DNA of 63,142 bases, filler included, from Kipferlia bialata (lineage: Eukaryota), in assembly GCA_003568945.1 (NCBI GenBank). It is 3 parts of 3 records of this genome, joined end to end, with 100 filler letters (N's around TTAATTAATTAA, not from the genome) between each part and the next. Parts side by side here need not be neighbours in the genome. Positions count along the whole stretch, not along the records: positions 1 to 28,302 come from BDIP01000154.1; 2 more parts are not named here. The stretch is one strand, 5' to 3'. Under the pieces are notes generated by a model. The model saw only the letters and a list, made by a program, of their open reading frames with translations, searched no databases and was not told the DNA's origin. Every line of letters begins with the position of its first letter. Position 1 is the stretch's first letter. A program made the position numbers and the translations under genes. Shown here in pieces: positions 1 through 13,982 of this stretch.

Positions 1-52
<52 letters not shown>

Positions 53-66
53 CGCTCTAACCCTAG

Positions 67-3000
67 GCAGTTATAGGTCACACAGCCTGAGAGAGGGATG
101 TCGCGTAGGACCAACCGAGAAGGTGGTAGGGAGAGGAAGAGAGTGCCCCAACTTACACTTGAGGAGAGGGAGAGAGAGAGTGAGAGACAAGTGCTGGCCG
201 AAGCACAGGGCAGGGTGGAGGATGCCATGGTCTTCTACTTCAGGTACTCTCTCTCTCTCTCTATATCCATATATATCCATACATTCATCTATATATATAT
301 CAATATTTGTGTATATGTATACACACACTCCTCGTGGATCACTCTTCTGACACAGTATAATGACAACAGTATTCTCCTCCGCTCCCGTTACTCTCTCACT
401 CTTCTTTTCTCTTTGTAAGCATAGGTATCACACCTTCTCTCTCTTTCGTAGGAAGAGACTCCTTTACATACCAGATACTCTCCACCATAAAGGTTCCCTC
501 CATACACTCTACATATGATACTTTATTCAAAGCCCAATACATGTATTCTGTATTATTGCCTAACTTATTGCCTAATATGAGATATACGTGATGCATTATA
601 ATGGCCCCTTGATACTCTTCTTCTTATTGGATTTTACTATTAGAGGACAAACTTATGTCCACTACAACTATTATTGTAAACTAATTGCAATTATTGATTC
701 CAGGGAGGGACACATGTACATCCAACGGTGTCAAGAGGGTGGCAGGTGCAAGGCAGTGCCCGACGCAGTCAAGGTGAGCGAGGGTGTGAGAGAATCTTAC
801 GCGATTATTGTTGAATGTTACTATTTCTAGAATGCCAGTATTTGATGCCAGTATATGTTACAATACATACGATTTACATCAGTATACGATATATATACAG
901 TAAGGGTTGGTCATGTAATCTATTTTGTATTGATACTATATCCATATAGTGTGTGATATGTAGTTCTTGTATACGGTGTATACTATGTACATACATCTGC
1001 ACATCTCTCCCTCACCCTCTCTCGGTGTGTTACCTCAACTCTCCATTTTATGTATTCATTCTGGCTTCCTCTCCCGACCTCTCTCGTCCTCTCTCTATAC
1101 ACTCTATTCCTCTTCTCTATATATCTCACTCAAGGAGTGAGATATGTAGTGAGTCTCTCTCTCTCTCTGTATATATGTTTATATATTGATATATGTATTA
1201 GTATCGCTCTCTTTGTCTCACCTCTTTATATGTTTATGTATTGATATACGTATTAGTATCTCTCTCAATGTCTCATCTCAGTTTCACATGGGCTACCCCC
1301 TCATCACAAACACAGACCACATAATAGATATATATATATCTCCCCCCCCCCTCTCTCTCTCTACTTATGTCTCACCCCAGTTCCACATGGGCTACCCCCT
1401 TGTTATGGATGAGAAACTTACAGAGAACATCAAGACAACACACCAAAACATGTGTGGATATGGTGCGTAGTGTATAGTATTATGAATTAGTACCATATGG
1501 ACTCTATGAAAATGTATACTATTTATACACTATACTATAGTATACTATAGTATGACGTTGTCCCTCCTAGCTGGTGACTATAGAGTGGCCTTCTTGTGTG
1601 GTAACGTGTGTGATATAACTTGATCACTATATATACGTTACATGTTTCAGAGTACGATTAGAGTCCATCTCTGCATGTATATAATGCAAATGTACCATGC
1701 AATATTCTATATTGCCTGTTGGTATATATATATAGTATATATGTATGTATATATATAGTTTAGTACACTCTGACCAGTCCACTCCGCATATAGATATACA
1801 TGTTTACACACACACACACACACACACTCACACACATATATATATATATATATATATGTATGAATATATGTAGATGCCCTGACCACAGTCCACTCCAAGG
1901 CCAACCGCCCCAGGCTGGGGTATAGAATGAAGGTGTGTAAGTATATACACATACTATCAATTAGTTGTAAAAGTGAGTAGTTTCTTGCAATTGTAACTAT
2001 TGTATTACATGAAGGTGTGCAGTGATACGTTTACAGTGTAAACGTATGTAAATTACAAACCTTATCATCAATGAGACATACATATTCATACATATATATA
2101 TCTTATACCACGAAGGTGTGCAGGGTATACACACATTGTAACCTATGAGACATATATATATATAATTACATATATATCCGGAACCACGACCGTAATACTC
2201 TCTATTGTTTTACTATAGTATACTGTCCACTATACTAGTCATTGTTTCACAAATTGTATATATCCTATTATTTAGAGTAGTATAGTACATAATAGCTTGC
2301 TATTCATAACTCTCTGCTCTTTGCAATTTACTGTATTCATGGCAGCCTCTTCTGGTGTTGAAATTCCATTATTCAAAGAAATCAAGGATAACTAGTAAAC
2401 ATTAGGAAATATTTACTATATTAACTAACATGTAAAGCAATAATAGCTATTAACCATGAGTATCAACTAACTTCTAATTAGTGAATGATTACCCAATTAA
2501 TAGTTCAATTAACAATAATTGTGATCATGTATATTAGTAGATACAATTATACGCTCCACAAGTGCTACCTCACGTTCCTCACGCTCACGCTCGCTCTGCT
2601 CCTGTTGACGAGCTTGTTCCTCACGCTCGTATACTATTGACACCAGAACAAGGGGTTCAGTGATATCCTGGCAGAGATCAGAGGGATGACAGAGGTATAC
2701 ATCAGACAATGTAATAACCAATATATATATTTTCAATCTTTCACTACATTGCATATGATTGTTCCCACACACACATATATATATATATATATACGTATGT
2801 TACTATACTAACTGTGTCTTGACTCAAGACTCTTGAGCTCTAGAACTCTTTACCTTTATAGCTATCATATTATTACTTGGCGTCCATCTCTGTCTCACTC
2901 CTTATATATATATATATAATATATATATATATATATTTCACCCCAGGATGTGCTGCAGCTTGTGCACCCAACCAGCAGGACTATTCTCAGGTTTGTATTG

Positions 3001-6000
3001 TTAATCTCTATATATATACCATACATATACTATATACTATATTTACTATATAGTATATACTGCATTATATACTATGGTCATGTATTCACTCTCTCTATAC
3101 ATATTACTGGTATATGGTAAAGCAGGACCATCGTGTGCATATGTATCTTCATTGTATAGTTCCTATCTGTATATCAAATGCTCTATAGAGCAGGACCGTC
3201 TTCAGGTATTAAATATTATTATTTGTAGTACAGTATGCCTCTATGTATAGTATCCATATCTTTCCAATACTATTTTTAGCTGGACCATCTTAATATTTCT
3301 ATTTATATATATATCATAGATTTCTATTTATATCATATGATGTTATATCATATGATATTTACTTATCATATAGGTTACATTAAAGGCGTTGTTCAATTTT
3401 GTTTCATCCTTCCGGGGAATGTGTGTTTGTGCATGTTGTTATGGAGATTTTGTTACCTTGTCCTATATTGTTCAAGTGAAGCAATTCATACATATGATTA
3501 TTTCGTATTCTACATGTTATGGTACTTGTATCCATATGGATATCCATGCGCAATATCCCACAACAGGCTTGATGGTAGTGATGACCTCGAGCGTCTTGTG
3601 AGCTACTTCTGGGCAAGGTATGATGCATATATGATATATATAGTATATATGATATNNNNNNNNNNNNNNNNNNNNNNNNNNNNNNNNNNNNNNNNNAGTA
3701 TATATGATATACATGATATATATGATATATATGATATATGGTATAGGTATACTGTCAGCTACTTCTGGGCAAGGTATGATGTATATATGATATATATGAT
3801 ATATATAGTATACTTGATATGTTTGAAACACATATGCTATATGCAATGGCTACATTGTCAGCTTCTTTTGGGCAAGGTATGATGTATATATGAAATATAT
3901 GATATACATGATATATATGATATATATGATATATAATATAGGTATATTGTCTGTGATATCTTCGATAAGACCTATGATATACTATACAGTGCTCCTGTGA
4001 GCTTCTTCTGGGCAAGGTATGTACCGAAATATATAGTGTATATAGAATAGACAACATAATTGAATTGTGAATAATATTGAAGTAGAGATGTGGAATACAG
4101 ACAACATAATTGAATTTTGAATATTATTGAAATAGCTATGTAGGTGACCATAGGGCTGTTCGGTTTGAGTATGAGGGAAACATTGACCCTGAGCTCTGCA
4201 GGCAGTACCTACTGAGACCACTCACAGGTATTAGGGAATATGTATATATGTATATAGAGAAAGAGAGGGAGAGAGAGAGAGAGAGTTGTGCAGGCAGTAC
4301 CTACTGAGGCCACTCACAGATATGCGGAATATACAGTATATACTAGTATATATGTGTATGTATGTGTGAATAGAGAAGAACTACTGATAACACGACCAGG
4401 AGCCAACATTACTACTCATATTGATATAGAGATAGAAGTGAATGTGTGTGATTGATAGGGTACCTACTGAGTCCCATATCAGGTGTCGTGATGTCCATAC
4501 ATATATATCAATATATATATTATTCTGTCATAGATGAATTATCTACCTCAACCAGAGTCTCTTCTGAAGTGGTCATTATAGACTCGCATCTACCTGATCT
4601 GTTAATATATTACCAATATATCTGAATATATGATGTAACCAATATGTGTATGTATATACTGTATGCGTATACGTTCGTGGATACTCGACATGTATAAAGT
4701 ATGATTCATACATATCCAGTTGATATCAGGCCCTATGTGGCGCAGGGCCCCTACGGTCATTGGAACTGACTCCGTGGCAGCCTTTGCACAGGTACTTTTT
4801 GTACATGTAGTGATATATACATCTAGTATACATACAATATGCATAGTGAATACAATAATGCACAGAGTGTGTAGTGGAGAGTAAAGAATAAGCAGACCCT
4901 AGCTAACTTCACTTTTGGTTCATTATATTATATATATATATATATTATATAATGGTGTCATGGGAGTACTCTACTCCTCTTGCCTCTCCTCTTGTCTTCT
5001 TTCTACATATCTCAAATAGTTATGTGTTGTTTGTGGTAATTGTAGTATAACACATTGAACGCATTACATTTATTACTATACTCTATACTCTATACTGTAA
5101 TATATATATTGTATGTGTTATATATATATTATGTGTTATACATATTGTATCCTATATGTATATCCTGTCATTGTTAATACTAACACCAGAGTACCGGTAC
5201 AGTGCATTCTCTGTATATCTCTAAAGTCTATTATGTCTCCTGTCTTGTAGACTTATCTCAAAGTTTGAGAGATTCACTTTGAGCAAAGGTGTATTGTTGC
5301 TGACACTAATCCCAGAGTCCCGGTGCACTACAGAGAGACAGACAGGCTAGAGTCGACGACATCTTTGCCGCCGCAGACCTCCCAGACGCCACTGTCCCAG
5401 TGGTTCCTCACGGTATAGGCAGCATGATGGGAGAGAAGGGGAGAGAGAGAGAGAGGGAGAGAGGGATAGAGACTGGTTGGGTTTCAGGAGATGTCATGAT
5501 AGAGGAGGAGAGAGAGAGGGATGTACCTATGGGTAGAGGGTGGAGCGCCGGGGTAAGGGAGAGGCAGAGAGAGCCACTTCAGACCAATGCTGACAGGGTA
5601 AGGGTCTTGTATGTACCGATCTCTTTACTCTGTTATTGCTTCTAACACAGCAGTATACCATGTCTTACTATATGTATACCCTACCCTATACTTCATCATC
5701 CAACATTGCGTTGACTTATCGCCTTGACTTGAAGCTAGATAGACACCGTTCACTATACGTACAAGTAAGTTCATTCCTTTTGAACCTTCGAACACAGCAT
5801 ACTCTTCTATATCCACTATAGTCTTCCTCCTTGTGACCAAGCTAAGTAGCCATACAACTCTCTCAGTCCTTACCATATCCATACTCTTTCTGTGTCTGAC
5901 TCTCAGTCCTTCTTCGACAGACTGTACCTGTCTCTCCCTGCCGCCCGTCAGTGGACACACACTGTCAGGCTAAACCCCACACAGGTGTATAATACAAATA

Positions 6001-8915
6001 CTGTATCTGTATCTACATATCTATATATTTATATGTCTATATATATGTATATACTTTAGATGCATTCATGATGTCAGGCCGGACTCCTCCCAGGTATACT
6101 ATATATGGGTTTATATATGTATGACATTCGGTAGAGGCATGCTGTAATCAAACACCATCCGTGACACAATTTCTCTCCTTCGTGCAATTGCTTTCTATGT
6201 GTCAAGAGTGTTTATGTGTGTATTGTATATTTCACATGAATCTTTAACATCCCACTCACCTCTAGGAGGAGGCTGCTGTTGTCGCTAGAAGGACACGTGG
6301 TATTCTAGAGATCAAGGCCGTGCTCCACAGGATCACAATGGTATGTATATGAATAATACACGCATATTGTTCTCATTATGATTCAAACACTAACTGTATT
6401 AGGTATGTATCAGGTTTTTGACTGGTTATGGTGTGTTAAGTATTGGCTGTGGAACACAATCTCATACAAGATGGTGGAAATCTACCAGAGGCTTATTGGT
6501 GGCCACATCCCAGCCAGTCAGGTGTACACATACGTACAGAGGTATGGTATAGTGTGTATACATACATATACATATACACTTCATTCATGTTCAATGGTAT
6601 CTACACTATTATTACTTTGGTGCTTAATATATTTTCGTGAGCTAATGGTGTTACGCAACAGAAGAAGTGCTCTTAAGGTTGGGAGTTTATGTAGTTTCTC
6701 GTTCCGGACACCCAGCTAGATAGTATAAGTTTTGCACGTCTTCTCTAAGCGAGCTGTATTAAATACAATATCGGATATTGTACATCATCATTTACTCCAA
6801 GGTACATGAGACTCCTCAGAGACCTATCATTTATGTTTAATTATAGCTGTCTGACTTACAAATATGTATTTCAAGGTACAGGAGTCGATTACGGTTGTAT
6901 GTGGATCATTTCAATAATAACAAACAGGTACATGAGGCTCCTCAGAGACCCAACCTATGAGAGAGAGTTCATGCCTGTACAAGTCAGGTATCTGTAGTAA
7001 TTAGTGGCAGTTGCTATTACATTTTGCGTGTATTAGACACCAGTGTCGCATTAAGTACACTGACGTTTCGTCATGTACAACTATTATCCATACATAGAAC
7101 ACTCACAGTTACATTCAACTATATATATACCGGTCAATGTCCCTGACAATAGCGTCGCTCGGCCTCGCACAGCAGACCCAGCCAAGAGACCCCTGGCAAG
7201 AAACAGTGCCACACCACGGGCTAAGAGGTATATATAGTCATATTATTATATATATTATTGTATATATATATACATATATATGTATATGTATGTGCACACA
7301 AATACATAGGTCACGGGACAGTGCCACACCACGGCTAAGAGGTATGGCTATAGATGTATATATATGTACATTCGTAAAGAAAGCATAAGGCCACGTAGAT
7401 AGACCCCGTTATCATGAGCACGCCTTTATATCTCTTCAGAGTATGGTTTTCACCCCCACGTCCCTGAGACCCCGTCTTACCATCCAATTATGCATACGGA
7501 ATATATGTTTATGTATGTGTATACACCATAAGACACTAGAGGGCATATGTGACTCACAACTAGATCCCTCAGGCCCCGTCCCATCACCACCGGTGCTGCT
7601 CTGCCCCCTCTGCCCCCTGGATCTAGACACAGAGACAGAGTGGTCAAGCAGGAGGATACCGAGAGGTACATATATAAATATCCATATTTATATATATGAC
7701 TGACAAGTGAACAAGTGATACAGTGTATATTTGTATTTATATGTCAGCGTCGAGAGGGAGGATACTGACAGGTGCTTACAGTATATATATATACATATAC
7801 ATATATATACTTATGTCTATTATCTTATGTCGTGTAGATTCTCACTCTCAGCTGTGTGAGCATAACAGGCTACAGTCTGTCACCTGGCCTTGGCAAGTGC
7901 AGCGACCCCGAAGCCTTTAGGAAGGAGCAAGTGAGAGAGAGAGAAAGGGCCGCCCAGGTTAGGAGGGAGAGAGAGAGGGATGCAGAGTCATACCAGCCAG
8001 TACTGATTGGATCAGAAGAGGTATGTAGCGTAATTGTATTCATGTATGTATGTGTGTGTTTGGCGTATGTAGTTATGCTGTGTCTTCTGGATACAACCAC
8101 AGTAGCCATACTCACCCTAGTACCACGACTCCGTAGCTTCTGCCCCTCCACAGCAATTCCCCTCCACCCACCCTCTTCTCGGTGGTACTGACGACATTGC
8201 TGGACCCCTTGATCCAGCTAGGTGGAGTGCCCATTACGAGATAATGAGAGAGAATATGGAGAAGCAGAGGGAGAAGCAGAGGGAGAGAGAGAGGGTGAGG
8301 CAGCGTGGTGGGAGGGCACCCAACGAGGGACTGGTGGTGGGACCTGCTCCCCCTGAGGCCCCCTCTTCTCCCTTTAGAGTGGGTGAGAGAGTTGGTATGA
8401 TGTCGGTAGACCCACACCTCCACTCTCCCGCCACTTCTCTTGGCCAGTCAGCAGGGACAGTAGAGACAGTAGTAGAGAGACCCCCCTCTGAGACCCTTGT
8501 CCAGGCACAGCAGCGATACTTTGGTGTACCTGCCATGCGTACAGTGCACCTGGCCCATGACCCATCTCTCCTAGGCCCACTGGTGACCGCTGCTGATACT
8601 GACACTCCAGAGGTCACACCAGTACATTTCCACTCCCTTGGGACTGTAGGTACTGTATCAGGAACACTCACACCTGAGGTCACACCTGCACAGACCCTCC
8701 CCCAGACACAGCAGCCATACCTGCTCCTTGTGCCAGAGCTTCCCCAGGCACAGCACAGGCTGTTGATTGATGTGCCACAGTTCGGGGCTGCCCCCCTTCC
8801 TCCCCCAGAAGAGCCCCACGGGGCCCAGCCAGGGAATAGTTTGTACCACTCAGACTCTCTCTTCATGGGAGGGGGCACTGGTACCAAAAGGGACAAGGAG
8901 GAGGGGGACAAGTAG
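67..8915 (+). CDS. Unknown multi-exon protein, 5'-partial; could be more than one gene
   Basis: Chain of AG/GT-bounded GC-richer exons, e.g. 67-243 (..VLAEAQGRVEDAMVFYFR), EGHMYIQRCQEGGRCKAVPDAVK, FHMGYPLVMDEKLTENIK, LDGSDDLERLVSYFWAR, EGNIDPELCRQYLLRPLT, EEAAVVARRTRGILEIKAVLHRITM, YMRLLRDPTYEREFMPVQV. The long terminal exon ends TAG at 8913-8915. No family recognised. Confidence 0.5.
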
Positions 8916-9258
8916 AGAGAGAGAGAGAGAGAGACAAGAAGGAGGGTGACAAGTAGCTATATATATATGTATATATTAGAAGCGTAAGTAACTGTGTAGA
9001 CAAGGATAAGAATGATGATTAGTAGATGTCTCTATATCTCCCCTAGGGCTATTGTGCCACTCTCAATAGCCAAAGAGTGTATAGTGTCTCAGTGTGAAGT
9101 GTGAATAGATAGTGTGATTGTGTCCCTGGGGGTACATTGATAGAGCATCCGTTGAGTATGCTGTGCTAACTATATATGTATGCTTATACAGTGAGACAGG
9201 AATTCACGTGGTACTGGTTATCAACTCGACGCCTCAGTATTTTTGGACCTCCACCTAA

Positions 9259-9279
9259 ACCCTTTTCGCGAAAAAGGGT
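9259..9279. promoter_or_regulatory. Near-perfect palindrome ACCCTTTTCGCGAAAAAGGGT with an E2F/SCB-like core (TTTTCGCG / CGCGAAA)
   Basis: Seen directly about 55 bp upstream of the putative histone-variant start. The regulatory role is inferred from similarity to known cell-cycle boxes. Confidence 0.35.
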
Positions 9280-9333
9280 GTAACACGCAAAAAAGAAGCC
9301 ATCACCTGTCACTTCCGCCGCTGTTCTCAAGCA

Positions 9334-9886
9334 ATGACACCTATACCGATCTAGAGGCCTCCACAGACAGCAAACACATCCAAAACAGACAGCTAAACAA
9401 GCAGGTGTGTACTGTTCAGCTATTAGTGTGTGAATGTAGTTTTACACGTGTCTATGAGTGATATCACTGAGCGTGTAGGTCTTGTCAAGTATGTATACCC
9501 ACTACCCAGGGTCTCTGCATAGACGTTATTGACCTTTCATGTTTTATTAGTGATGTATGCTGGTTATATGTTGGCAGCAAGGTCGTAGAACGAGAAGGCG
9601 TAGCCAGTTCTACTATCTACAGTACACATAGCATGTCTACATGTACAACATGTACAACATGTCCCACATGTGCGTATCGATTTAGTTCTCCACATATATG
9701 GGTCACTTGGTATCTTTATACGTCTGTCTTACTTCTCTGTGTTAATAAGGTGGTTCTTCTACACATACACGACTCTTGTCATGATCAGTCATATGTACAC
9801 CCTCACCGTGTCATTACTTACACTACCCCTAATGCCCGTAATACATGCAGACATAGTTCTGTTAATATATCAACACTTGGCAGCCC

Positions 9887-9931
<45 letters not shown>

Positions 9932-10875
9932 TCTAACTATAGGCGAGAGAGCTCTGCACGAGATCCGGAAACAGCAGCGCATGACCACTACCATCTTCCC
10001 CAGGCTGTCATTCGCCAGACTGGTCAAGGAGATTGCATCAAAGTATGCATCGGTCGCTGATGTACGTACTGTTCTTTATATACTATATGTATTGTGTGTA
10101 TACTATATGTATTGTGTGTATACTGTATGTATGTCTGCGTGTCTCCCCCCAACCCCCCCCCCCCAACCCACTTCCAACACTGTGTGTTTATACATATTTA
10201 GGCCCACCACTTACTGCCAGGGCTACCGGTGGCAGGAACAGGCTCTGGAGGCATTGCAGGTAGGGATTGCGTACTATATACCAAACCCAGGCTATAATCA
10301 TATACCTTACATCCTCTAAATTGACAACAGGCGGCAGCCCAGCCCTTCATGATTGGTCTGTTTGAGGATGTAGTGTATACTATTATACTTTGATATATAC
10401 AACGATTTGACGTAGATATATTGTTAAATAGTCATCAATATACATCCACTAATCCTCAGGCTGCCGCCGAGGCCTTCATGATTGGTCTGTTTGAGGATGG
10501 CAACCTGTGCTGTCTACACGCCAAGAGAGTGACCATTATGGCCAAGGTGTGTATTCATATGGATGTATATTTGTGTGTCCATTTTGTGTGTGTACTTGTT
10601 TCCATTTACTGCTTCTCTTAATATGTGTAGGTACTCCTTTCTATAACCCCCCCCCCCCCAACGTGTAATATGCAGACAAGCTATGTGTATCGTGCATTTG
10701 GTTCCATCTCACCCCAGGACATGATGCTTGTCTGTCGTCTATACTATATATATATAGAATAGTTGTATATTTATATCATGTACTGTACAGTTATTCTACC
10801 TCTATTGCCATGTCCACCTCACCTCAGGACATGATGCTTGTCTGTCGTCTCAGGGAGAGTCACCACGGTGGATAG
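9334..10875 (+). CDS. CENH3: Divergent histone H3 variant, probably centromeric CenH3/CENP-A
   Basis: Exons 9943-10061, 10221-10259, 10460-10546 and 10828-10875 splice to [97 protein letters not shown], a clear H3 histone fold. The N-terminal exon(s) are uncertain (KQTAKQA before the donor at 9405). Confidence 0.8.
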
Positions 10876-11199
10876 ACAGACTATCGTTAGATACCAGAGT
10901 GAGATTGTAATCCACTTTAGAGTATTCTTTGGTCTTGTTTTGACCATTTGTGGTTGTTGTTTTGTGCCAAGTGATGCATGTGGTGTATGTTGGACATTCT
11001 ACCAGTCATCGCGGATTGTTAGTTGTGTGTTTCTGTACTAAATATGGGTTTCCATGGATACTGTATGACACGCATTGTACTGATATCTTGAACGGTACAT
11101 CTATTGACAAGATATGGGTTAACTGGTTTGCATATGTATCAGGGCAATGGAAGCTGATCTCTCATGCCCATCTCTCAGACGGGAATGGGTCGATACCCC

Positions 11200-11669
11200 T
11201 TACTCAGCTGTGGGCTCGGGCTTGGGCTCCTGAGAATGAATGTCACAATGACCACTTAAATATGACAGCGATGCTTTGAAAGAGTGAATATACATACATT
11301 ATATATATATATATACATATAATACCTGGAGCTGCATGGTCTTCTTGAGCACCAGCTTCTTGGGCAGACAGGCAAAGGCCTTGATCTGGGGGTTAGGGAG
11401 AAATAAATTGAGCCTCATCAATTGATTGATTGTGTATCTGAATCACCATGGCAGGCAAAGGCCTTGATCTGGGGGTTAGGGAATAATAATTGCACTCTTG
11501 AGATTCAATTCACACGGACTATAAGTATGTGATTGTTCATCACACAAATATATATACATATATATACCTGAGTGGCAGTCTTCCTGGTCATGGCGACCCT
11601 CTTTCCAGCGAGCATGCCGGTCCAGCCAAGGCGGGCGATGAACTCGGGGGTGTCGGCCTTCTAGAGGGT

Positions 11670-11709
<40 letters not shown>

Positions 11710-12326
11710 CGGGCAATGAACTCAGGGGTGTCAGCCTTCTACATGGTTAGATACATAGAGAGAGGGGGTCATGTGGGCCTCTGTAGAGCAATGGATGTAT
11801 TACTACTGAAGGGGAGGGGGGGTGGGAGAGAGAGAGAGAGAGAGTACCTTCATCATGTCTCCGTCAGACCCGATACCAGCCTCAGCGGCCCACTCAGTGG
11901 ACACTGGGGAGTGAGGGGATGCAACCATATATAGCCGGAATTACTATACACACACACATGTGTATATGACCTACTTAGTGCACACTGGGGGAGAGATAGA
12001 TACAATACACGTAGGTATTAGCGACTCAAAGTATATATATGTAGATATGAATATACACACAAATATATATATATATATATATACACTATATACCTGGTCC
12101 AGGGCAGAGTGCAGTGGTGGTGACACCAGTGCCCTGTAGCTCCATCCAGGTGGCCTCCTAAGAGTTAACAACACAATTGTATACTACTATATATACAAGT
12201 GAGACTTGGTAGGTGGCCTCCTAAGAATTAACAACAAACATTGAATGGGTATATCGTATTGGAAGACAATAAGAGAGGTGTAGTGCACATACCGAACATA
12301 ATCTAAAGAATGCATTGGATGCAAAG

Positions 12327-12371
<45 letters not shown>

Positions 12372-13762
12372 CCCTCATATATAGATACATATATATATCT
12401 AATCACATGTGTATATTCACTATAGGAGTGTATTATCTACGTACCGACCAAGATCTGAGGAATGCCTTGGAGGCAAAGTAGATGGACTGGTTGGGACCAG
12501 CCATGTAGCTGAGGTCAGTATAGATGGATAATCCATCGAGAATCAGAGGAACACAGGTGGAATACATGCACTAATGCGCACAAAACAAATATTCATACCT
12601 TGCGATAGAGGCCACGTTCAGCACCCTGCCGAACCCCTTCTCAACCATGTTGGGGATGAGGAGGGCGGCTGGAGTGAGGGAGTAAGAGATATAACAGACA
12701 TAATACAAATTCACATACACACATACTTCACATATACTACATATACATATATATACTACACAACATATAACACACTCACTCACCGAGCTCACAGCAGACG
12801 GTGACGTTGACCATGATCATGTTCCTGGTGGTGAGAAGAAGGGTATATACATAAATATGTGGACTATCCGTTATATACACAAACATTATAAACTATTATA
12901 TATATTTATAATAGTAACGTTGACAATCATCATGTTCCTGGGGGGGGGGAGAAGAAGGGTATATACAATAAATATATGTGTGAATGGATCTCAATATAGT
13001 TATAGATGGAAATACATATCATTACCTGTTCCTGGCCCAGTCCTACTAATACTAAATCACTCTACATGTATATACATATATATATAGGAATACTATTACT
13101 ATATAGACAAGTATATACTGTTATACCTGTTCCTGGCCCAGTCCTAATCTACCAACTAGGCACGTAGGCTCTAATTAACTCACATATATATATGTATATA
13201 TATACATATACACAAATATACATATAATTATATACACACTATATATATACACTATATATACACACACACACTAATATACATATAATTATATATACCAATC
13301 ATTACCTGTTCCTGGCCCAGTCCTGCTCGTGGAACTTGCCAATGTAGCCAAAGCCTGGGGTGGGATATACAAATCTCGCAGATACACGTATAATATACTG
13401 CAGTCATATATGTATCGAAACTCTAGTTTACCAGCGAATACCTGCGCTGTTGACCAGGATGGTGGGCATGTGGAACTCAGTGTAAATGCAAATAGTATAC
13501 AGCAGATTATAGTATTGATGAGTATTATAGAGAGACAGCACTAATTGTAAAATACTCGTCAATGATATAAACATAGCACATGACAATATCAAGGAATATG
13601 ACAATTAAATATATAGTTCATCTGATATTTATGTGTAATATGAATATGTATATATACACCCAACCTGCGTTGTTGACCAGGATGGTGGGCATGTGGAACT
13701 CGGTGTTGGCAGTCTGGAACTCAGTCAGCTCAGCCACAAGGGCAGTGCCAGCGGCTAGGGGT

Positions 13763-13807
<45 letters not shown>

Positions 13808-13947
13808 ATATCTATCTCCCTTCATATATATACATATACATATATACTATGTACATACCCTCCTCAGCCAGGTCCTTTGTAATGATGATGCACATGCAGC
13901 CATACTCGGTGAACAGGTTGGCGGCAAGGGCCTGGGGTGAGAGGTAT

Positions 13948-13982
<35 letters not shown>

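Noticed and set aside
9334..9400. Alternative genetic code (TAA/TAG = Gln, as in hexamitid diplomonads) to explain in-frame stops
   Set aside because: Conserved genes here end at TAG/TAA at the expected positions (H3 variant, SDR, SET, APN1), and their exons contain no internal TAR codons.
9633..10319. 228-aa ORF as a poly-proline histone fusion
   Set aside because: The poly-Pro comes from an intronic poly-C run. Only 9943-10061 and 10221-10259 are exonic.
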